The notes beneath the pieces are model-generated. The model was not told the origin of the DNA, made no database searches, and was given only the letters and a program-made list of their open reading frames with translations. A program made the position numbers and the translations under genes. Below, piece after piece: positions 50,611 to 64,000 of a stretch of 64,000 nucleotides of DNA; positions within the stretch are counted from its first letter, which is position 1, and each line of letters opens with the position of its first letter. Location: NCBI GenBank assembly GCA_964035545.1, contig OZ037768.1:20195700-20259699 (forward strand), given 5' to 3'. The stretch is from Bugula neritina. Taxonomy: Eukaryota > Animalia > Bryozoa.

Positions 50611-52295
50611 AGTTCATCTTGTTGCGCCACACCAAGCTTACAAAATGATGCTGTTTAAGATTCCATAATGCCAGCCATTTCTTCATGCGTGTAGTTTTAA
50701 AATTTACAGCTTTGCTGTCCACTTTCTCTCAAGTTTGACTGACATTGCTCCCAGCCTTCCTTTATTTGAGCTACTTCTCTCCCTATTTATCTATGTTTGG
50801 CTATCTACTTTTTCTTTCTCAAATTTTTTCATCTCAATTTCTTCCCCCTTTTTCTAGCTCAATCGATTTTTCTTCTGCGCAGCCTGGTTAAATTCTACAA
50901 TATTTTTATATACAATGTAAGTATAACAATATCATGCATATATACAAGTCAGTTGTTGGATTTGATTTTTTTTAATATAAATATATAATATAATATAATT
51001 TAATAAGAAGAGTCGTTTTCTCTTCAGAGGTTTACTATTCAATGACACTGACAATTGAAATACCAAAATGGGCAACATGTTAAATTTATTTTTTGTTTAC
51101 TTCTTTCAATTGTGATTGAAATAAATCAGTCTAAAGTTGATTTCTAAGATATTTTTGATTGATTACATTCATAGGATTTTTTTCAGAGTTCTTGGTCACA
51201 ATCTTGTTAGATAAAAACATGTAAGGGTGCCCTAAATCTTATCACTAAATTTTAATTACAATTATTTTCTTAATCTGCCAAAAACTATATTGAGGAAAAA
51301 GCTTTTTCTCCATGCATGCATGTTTTTAGTTATCAACTCCTTGATAACTTTTCTATCCTTAAACTTCTGGTCAAAACAGAAAAAAATCATCCATTGCTTC
51401 TAGTGGCATTGAATTTATACCGAATAATTTTTCAGACACCCTGGTCAGATTTCTGTGACTGCATGGACTTATTTTAGGTTTAAAAAGTAAAATTTCTGTG
51501 ACAAAAATACCTAGAACACTGAGAAATTAAGAACCAATTTGTATAAACTGAACGAACATAAAGTAATTCTGTTAGCAAAAAACAACTAAATCAAGAGTTG
51601 CTGTTCAAAAACCTTCAATTAAAAGGTTATTAATGTGAAGGCATGTCTGCATTCACATTCTAACTGTTATTAAATTATATATACTGCATACATCTCCCAA
51701 TATATATTTTAATGTATGTAAGAGTTATAGAGTGTAATTATAAAAATGCCAAAGCATAAATTAACAATAAGATATTCATATTGTTGTTAACTTTCCAACC
51801 ACGAAAGCAAAAGAGTTTATTACAAATATTTCTATATTTATGCAGAAGATTTCTCATCTATCCTCATCTATCTCCGTTTTGTCCTTTGTCGGGATATTTA
51901 CGCAGAAGATGCTACACAAAAATGTAGTAATATTTTTAGAATTCAATAATGATAATATCATAAGTAATTACTTACCATTATTCTCGGCCTTAGTAATAGG
52001 TGATAAATAAAAAATTTCATATTAGATAGCAGAGGAATTTTTTTGTATTTGGATACCACCATTAAAAGAAAATCGTAGTTTTTAGAATAATCTAATTGTT
52101 CCATTGTAACACTGCTTTTGTTAAGATATAAGTAGGCATAAAATTATGATAATTCCCAGTACTAACCATATTATATCTGTAGATTGAGAGCTCATTGTAT
52201 TTTTGCAATATAATATTTAGAATTCCAAGTTCCTAGTTCTAATAAATTAAGTCGTGATTGCAGACCGTACATTCTCTCTTTCACTATTTCTCTCT

Positions 52296-52374
52296 TATAC
52301 ACAACGCACGCACACACACACACGCACGCACACACACACGCACACACGCACACACGCACACACGCACACACACA
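52296..52374. repeat. (CA)/(CACG) compound microsatellite
   Basis: Read directly. Confidence 0.9.
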
Positions 52375-53156
52375 ATTACCTAAGATTTTATCAAGCTTGA
52401 GGGAAATATTTTTTGCATTGGTAAGTGTTTTATATTCAGTTTAGTCTTTGTTAAACTGGTATTTTCAACTTATGAGCTATATGTATTGCTTGCTTTGTTG
52501 ATGTAGAACAAATATGTTCCTATACTGTCAGAGTTTACTAGTTGTTGTACACACTATTTTAAAGAATGTACAATAGAAATAAAGTTTCTTCTACGCTATG
52601 TTATGAAGTATAGACAAAAGAGCCACGTTTCAATAAAATAAGGTTACACTTAAACCTATACTGTATGTAGCTTACTGGTAGTTAGTAAGCAATGAAAGCG
52701 TGAGAATTTATCGCGAGAGAATAACTCCTAAGAACTGATCACGCGGGTAATAGTGATAGCCTATGTTTTAAAATATCAAAATGTCCATAGATGTCCTCGG
52801 CGATGGTAATAAATCACAGTCTACAACAATACCGAATTTGTGATTATTTACTATTACATTACTATTACCATTAGTATTACTTGGAGTTCATGTAAAATAA
52901 TTTACTTCAGATTTCAGGTTCGAGTAACTTGAATTTTTATTTTGATTCAACTATTGAATTTGATAAATGATATCAATATATGAATAATTTACTGCAGCTA
53001 TAGGTATTAAACATTTATATTTAAATTCTTACTAAGTATAACCATAGGACTAGGTACGTGTTTAAATTTTATCATTAATCATTAAATTTAATGTTTAATG
53101 ATGATCATCAGATCATAATCTTAATCTAAACACTAAGAATAAGTTATTAGACACAA

Positions 53157-54485
53157 GACTGGAAAACAGCAAACATTGTACCGATCTTCAAGAAAGGAAG
53201 TCGTACAGACCCGCTGAATTACAGGCCAATATCACTCACTTCTATCATATCCAAAATCTTCGAGCATATCGTATCACATAATATCAACTGTTTCCTCGAA
53301 TCAAATGACCTGTTTTATCCACACCAACATGGCTTCAGGACAAATCATGGCTGCGATACTCAGTTGCTGAATACCGTGAGTGAATTTATAGATTTTTTCG
53401 ACGAAATGATACCGGTTGACCTCGCTGTCTTGGATTTTTCAAAGGCCTTTGACGTTGTGTCGCACCATAAACTACAGGTTAAACTGCTAAATATCGGAAT
53501 AGCTGATAAAACTGTCAAGTGGATTTTTTCATGGCTTCAGAGCCGTCTTCTTTCAGTCTGTGTCAACAACGTCAAATCGGCCACTAGACATGTGACCTCA
53601 GGAGTGCCCCAAGGCAGTGTATTAGGACCATTGTTATTTAATGTGTACATAAATGACATGCACTCTGTGGTAGCCAACAGCAAGCTTAAACTATATGCAG
53701 ATGATTCCTTGTTGTACAAACCAATCACAACACCTGCTGATTCTAGTTTATTTCAGAATGACTTAGACCATCTTATAACTTGGGCAGACAGTTCTCAGAT
53801 GAAGTTCAATATAAATAAATGTGAGCATATGACAATTCAACGCTCCACTGTAAATCCTCTAGTGTCTCAATACAGCATGAATAATGACCCCTTACAATGT
53901 GTTGACAAAGTATTATACCTTGGTGTCACGATTGATAATAAACTGTCATTCGATCAACATATAATAAACATTTGCTCAAAAGCTAATAAATTATTACACA
54001 TGCTGATGCGCTGTCTAAAAAAGGCTAAAAGTAAAACCAGAGCCATAGCTTATAAAACAGTCTGTCGCCCTATACTAGAATTTGCGACCCACACCTGGTC
54101 TCCATTTAAATTGAAAAACATCAACATCATAGAAGGTATAAATAGAAAAGCCTTCAGGTGGGCATTCTGTAAGAGAAAACGAGATCATATAACTGAGCTC
54201 ATGACAAATTCTAATTGGGATAGCCTTGCACAAAGACGTGATAATGCAGACCAAAAAATGTACTTTCGTATGCTTTCTGGTAGTGCCGCTATAGACCAAG
54301 ACCGGTTCTCCCTTCATTTTGCAGAGTCTCACAATACCAGACATGGTGCTATTAAGGGCAATATCAATACCAAAACTGCCAAACATTCATATAAACATCG
54401 CATCCATAAACTTTTCTAATGATTCTAGCTGCTTTGCCTAACTGATTATAAGCACTTTACACCGACATATTTATTTATTTATTTG

Positions 54486-54517
<32 letters not shown>

Positions 54518-54708
54518 CTCTCCTGGCAGTAGCTAGCTATTGAGCTTTGAATCAAAGCATAATTAACTATATTCTTATCTCGTAGACAAAATGGTTTTCT
54601 TCCTTACTACTGATAATTTAAACAATTGTTCATACACCACTGCATCTCGATAAAGGAGCCAAAGAGCTCCGAGTGAGATTAATTAGATGAGATGAGATGA
54701 GATGAGAT
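53157..54708 (+). mobile_element. 5'-truncated non-LTR retrotransposon (CR1/L2 group): RT ORF, 3' UTR and (GATGA)n tail
   Basis: Frame open from 53157 to 54419: DWKTANIVPIFKKG...NYRPISLTS...QHGFR...LDFSKAFD...SGVPQGSVLGPLLF...YADD...YLGV. The 3' UTR has a poly-T run, a ggagc-caaaga-gctcc stem-loop and a tandem GATGA tail. Confidence 0.92.
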
Positions 54709-56292
54709 TACGTTTAACTTTAAATCATCAAATTTAATCATAATGATAATCATATTGATAATGACTAATTTTGCTGTTGAACTTATAGTGAGTTATACTT
54801 ATTGTGATTGTAAATTTCAATGATTGCTAGGAGTAGATGCATATTCTTATTGATATTTAATTATATTATGAAGATTTCATTTGTAATAAATATTAAATAT
54901 GAATGTGAGTTGCACTTGTTTTATATTGTACTATATTAACAATAATATAAGCCTACAATTACAACTATAAGTATAACTATAACTATAAGTGTAACTATAA
55001 TATTAATAAGGTAATAAAAATAAGCATTATTATTACTAGTATGAATAGATTACCAATGGCAATACTATCACTTACAGTTACTATCACTATGATGCTAGTA
55101 TTTACACTCAATGAATAATTAAACTTATTACTTGAAAGTCAATATCAATGTGGAATAATAAGGATCATGACACTAAGTTGTAGTGACTAAGTTGAACTAT
55201 ATTTATTACTAGGCTATTAATAATTACTAATTATACCACCAGCAACACTAATACTATTAGTATTAGTTTACTATTACTACTAGTATCAGTATTATTAGTA
55301 TCAGTAGTAATCAGGTCCATCACACTCCCTCCCCCATCAGCATGAGAATCACTAAATGTGGCTGAAAAGAATGATATTTACTTGAAGCTCATTTTCAACA
55401 TCTTTTTAACTATTTTTGGTCTTGTATAAAAATTTCAATTCATTAAACATTTATATTTATCCATTTTGATATCAAAGTTAATAAAAAATATCATTGTTAT
55501 AATCAATGTTAGTTTTGATAAGTATTGACTATTAAAACTATAAGCTCATTTGGTTTCATGGCTGTTTGCATTTATAAATAGTACAGTTATTTGACTCTTG
55601 ATTCAAATTAGTCTTTCATCGCCGTGGTCTTGCTCGGGTGACTCTTGATTTAAAATATGTGATATAAAGCCATATTTTGTGGTAGTATTGGATTTTGGGT
55701 CTTCTCTTGCAAAATATTTTCTCTAATTTCTCTTTGACATGTGCTACAAGAGCAATAATGCAGTTCGTTGCCCACCTTATGAATTGTGAGTAACTTTGAC
55801 TGATTCTTAGCTAAACTAGATACATATAAGAACAATGTATTAAGAGTTTTTGCACTGTTGTTTTGTATGCACAGTAACGCAGGTTACTGTTGACAGTGTT
55901 AAAGGTGTTTCAGTTTATCTAAATTTATTCAAGATGTGTAGACTTGGCAGCAAAGCCCCCATAGACATAAGACTATGCAGGAAACGAGACTAAATGCTTT
56001 TACTTTGTGATGTAAAGTCATTCCCACACACGCTGTCACTGCAGTAAGTGTTGTATTTAACTTACATTTAGCTTACGTACTTCACTTAAGTTATTGTGAC
56101 CTGCTGTTAATAAAGATTTTCTGGATTAAAAATGCAGTTTATTAATTTTTGCCCCTTTAATTCATTTAACCAACAGTAATGGTATGATAAAGGTTTTTAC
56201 CAATGTATTTGTAGAAGTGTTGTTACAACTCAATGCTCTGTTGGCTGCTCTGTGATATTCTTGATGTTTGCATAAATTAGATAATTTGAAAT

Positions 56293-61118
<4,826 letters not shown>

Positions 61119-62399
61119 TAGCGTGGCTAGTACCTGTAGAATATAGCTTATCTTGCTGAATTTCAGAGTTGTCTTCTTTGTAGTTTCTGATAAGTGTAGG
61201 AAAACTGTATATAAATCTCAGTGATTGAGAGTCCATTAGCCTATATATGCAGTCTGGAAGTTATTTCAATTGATTTTGTCCAAATTAAAAAAAATGATGG
61301 TATTTGAATTATTTGTTCATCGTGATAATTTCTTCAGCATTCAATTTGTTCAATCAAAATTTAAATAGTCTGGCAGAAAAATGCCAATTTTTGACTTAGG
61401 TTCGCAACCCCGGATAAAGTTTTTTTCTCTTCTGATTATTCAAATATAGGGTCTAGGTAAATGTTTCCAGGTGGGTGTGGACTTCTTACCCTTGAGCATT
61501 TTGAGAAATTCAAGATGGCCACCAGGCACCAAGCGATTTTTTCTAATTCAAATGCACCTACCCATTGGGGCTAAATTTAGGGTTCCAATGCTTTGAAATC
61601 TTTAGAAATCAATATAATAAAGATGCATGTGCCTTTATCATATGTATTATTGAGTAATAGGTAAATGATACCCAATGGTAACTAAGCTAAGCCTTAATCA
61701 TTCATTTTTTCAAGTTTAACCTAGCCTTGCCGTGTTTATAATTTCCTTGCATCTCTGCATCAGTTTGTTCTAACTTCATGAAAATTTACTATATGGTGTG
61801 ATTTTATATGCTGATTACAAATATGTCCACCAAATAAAGCTGAAAGGGGTTCTGCAAACTTAAAATGCAACGTCATTGCCATATGAGCTAAATAGCAATT
61901 TATTTCCAACTGGCATGCCTATCGAAAAGGTTTGTTGAGCTGCCAACTAAATAGTTATTTTCAGTTTTAAAATTTAGCTATGTTTTTTAAAGTTATAAAA
62001 AGAGGTCAACAACCTTAATAACACAGCACCATGGCTTCTTAACATAATTTAATTGCTTTATTATTGACACATCATTTATCTAAATATTGACATTTTTGCT
62101 TTCGAAAACTATTTCTACAATCAGCACATTTCACTTTTCCTCTAAAAGCATTTGTAAACAGTTTTTTATGAATGAAAATGTATTTCATGCTGAGGGAAGT
62201 AATACATCTATTAGAACAGTGGTTCCCTACCTTTTTCATACCAATCCCCTTTCATTAACGTTTACTATTAATTTCTCCCTTTTTAATGACCTATGTTGGG
62301 TGCGCTGGAACACTAACAGCTGAAAGTGATTTGGTAGAAGTAGTTAATTCTACTTTTGGTGATTTCTCCAAAATGCCAAATAGAAAAAGTTTCTCCATA

Positions 62400-63910
62400 A
62401 TGTACAAGGTCTGAGAATATTGGTGGGACAACTGTTAAAGCCAGTCTTGATGAAAGTGTAATCACTAGCATGAAGAAGCTTGAAAAGATGTTGATTAAGA
62501 TTGCAGAGAGCTCAAGAACAGCAAAACTGTGGGCCATGTGCTTTATTGGACCAATTTTTACCATCAACACCCACATCATAGCTGTTAGAGAATGAGATTG
62601 GGCCTTACACCTAGCAATGGAAGAGGAAATGCACTATCTGCATAGCGTGAAGGTCATGCCACAAGATGTAAGGATTGAATTTGCCGCTGGTAACTACACA
62701 ATGCATCATAAACGCGGCCAGCTCGACGGCATCTGGTCGAACATGACCATTGAGGTGACCTTCGTAAGATTTGGTCACAGCACGGGGAATCATTGGCATC
62801 ACCACTAAATCCGAAACTCTCAAGGTGTGGGTGTACAGCACTTCTGCATGCAACAAGATACAGTATGGCCGCAGTGACATCAGGGATAAGTCTGAAATAA
62901 ATGCTTTTACTGCTCATAAGGATGAGATGCAATCAAGAATCCAATCTGATTCAAAGGACAAGGAGTCTGTCAAACGGAAGATTGAACTCTACAATGACCT
63001 ACTCAAAGAATGATGCCACCCAGTTGCTCTTGTCAATATTGAAGCAGATAAGTGCAACTGAGATGAGGATGCTTCGAAACATTACAATATGAATTGGGAA
63101 GACCATGTAACAAATGATAATATAAATGAGGAGGCCAAAATAGAAGCTATCGCAATAGACATGAGAAGGAGACCTCTTCAATGGTATGGACATGTGCGCA
63201 GAAGAGATACGGAGGAAGATATTATAATGGTGGCTGAGATGAAGATACAGAGAAAGAGAGGGGGGGGCAAAAAAGGTTAATGGATACAGTGAAGGATGGC
63301 ATACTGAAATGTGGCTTCTCAGATAAAGATGTTGACAATAGACTCAGATGACACTCTCTGATAGCACTTGGTGCCCTGCAAAACCGCTACTCATCCTGGA
63401 CCACAGCGTATACTGGGTGAGAAAGTTTGAGACAAAGCCCTATAATGAACAATTTGCTGTCTTCCCATGGCCTCTCAGGGGCAACAATGTAAAATATTGG
63501 AAAGGGAGTCATACTAAATGTCTTGGTAGAAGGAAAGTGTGATTTGGTGACACTAGTGCTTTTTTTCAGGATGACTATTCATACAAGCTACCAAGTTTAT
63601 GCTATGTTGCTACAATTATGCAAAGTGCTCCTCCATGACATCTACAAGACAAAAGGCTTGGGAAACCAAGGTCAGCAATGCTATTTGCGATGTGCCTTCA
63701 ACTTATGTACTTTGTCTCCTACAGATGAAGCTATTGGACAATGTCACCAGAGCACACCTCCAGGTAGCCATATGAAACTGCGGCATTAAACCCACTAGAA
63801 CATTGGTAGGTGATAGGGAATCTAATAGAATCTCTTTTCCCAAAAGGAGTAGGAAATGATGTTGTGCTTACACCAGACAGTATTATGAAGTAGATCATGT
63901 TAGTTAATTT
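62400..63910 (+). mobile_element. Degraded Academ-like DNA transposon coding region
   Basis: Broken frames read SRTAKLW...RExDWALHL...GIWSNMTIEVTFVRFGH...GIIGIT...HKDE...RIQSD, and later LSPTDEA...RAHLQVAI. I recall these motifs from the large transposases of Academ-type elements. Many stops and frameshifts. The aaattcaagatggcc motif near 61506 suggests the element extends left to about 61370. Confidence 0.55.
63040..63432 (+). mobile_element. 3' fragment of an RTE-clade LINE nested in the Academ-like relic
   Basis: ATEMRMLR...WEDHVTNDNI...RRRPLQWYGHVRRR...MDTVKD...DNRLR is the typical RTE ORF C-terminus. Confidence 0.8.
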
Positions 63911-64000
63911 GGTGTACACTCGAAGACTCTAGCTTTTGGCGATTTTTTACGATTTAGCTGCTATTGTATATAGATTTTTGCCTCAAAATATCAAAATTTT

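Noticed and set aside
54645-54680. Hammerhead ribozyme at the LINE 3' end
   Set aside because: A hairpin is present, but the CUGAnGA and GAAA core boxes are not.

Overview
AT-rich animal (invertebrate) genomic DNA with GT-AG introns; no prokaryotic features and no CRISPR array. All exon calls were read by eye. Host genes: last exon of the OTU deubiquitinase YOD1/OTU1 (+, to 440); a complete 8-exon acyl-CoA dehydrogenase (-, 905-5420); a complete 28-exon aldehyde-oxidase-type molybdo-flavoenzyme (+, 7861-26065); and the first 7 coding exons of the sodium leak channel NALCN (+, from 56293). The 26-56 kb interval is rich in mobile DNA. It holds a Penelope-like RT scrap, a partly duplicated cassette with a 3-exon SGNH hydrolase, a young full-length Gypsy LTR retrotransposon (37927-45384), an inverted solo LTR of a sister family, a non-autonomous hAT-like element and a 5'-truncated CR1/L2-group LINE. 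An Academ-like relic interrupted by an RTE fragment lies after NALCN exon 7. Two observations stand out. (1) The Gypsy element carries a third, non-env gene (zinc fingers, Arg-rich motif, predicted coiled coil) with a full set of phase-compatible splice signals, resembling a complex-retrovirus accessory gene. (2) Seven minisatellite arrays sit on or next to splice junctions; several are built from copies of the junction itself, and six of seven have unit lengths divisible by 3.
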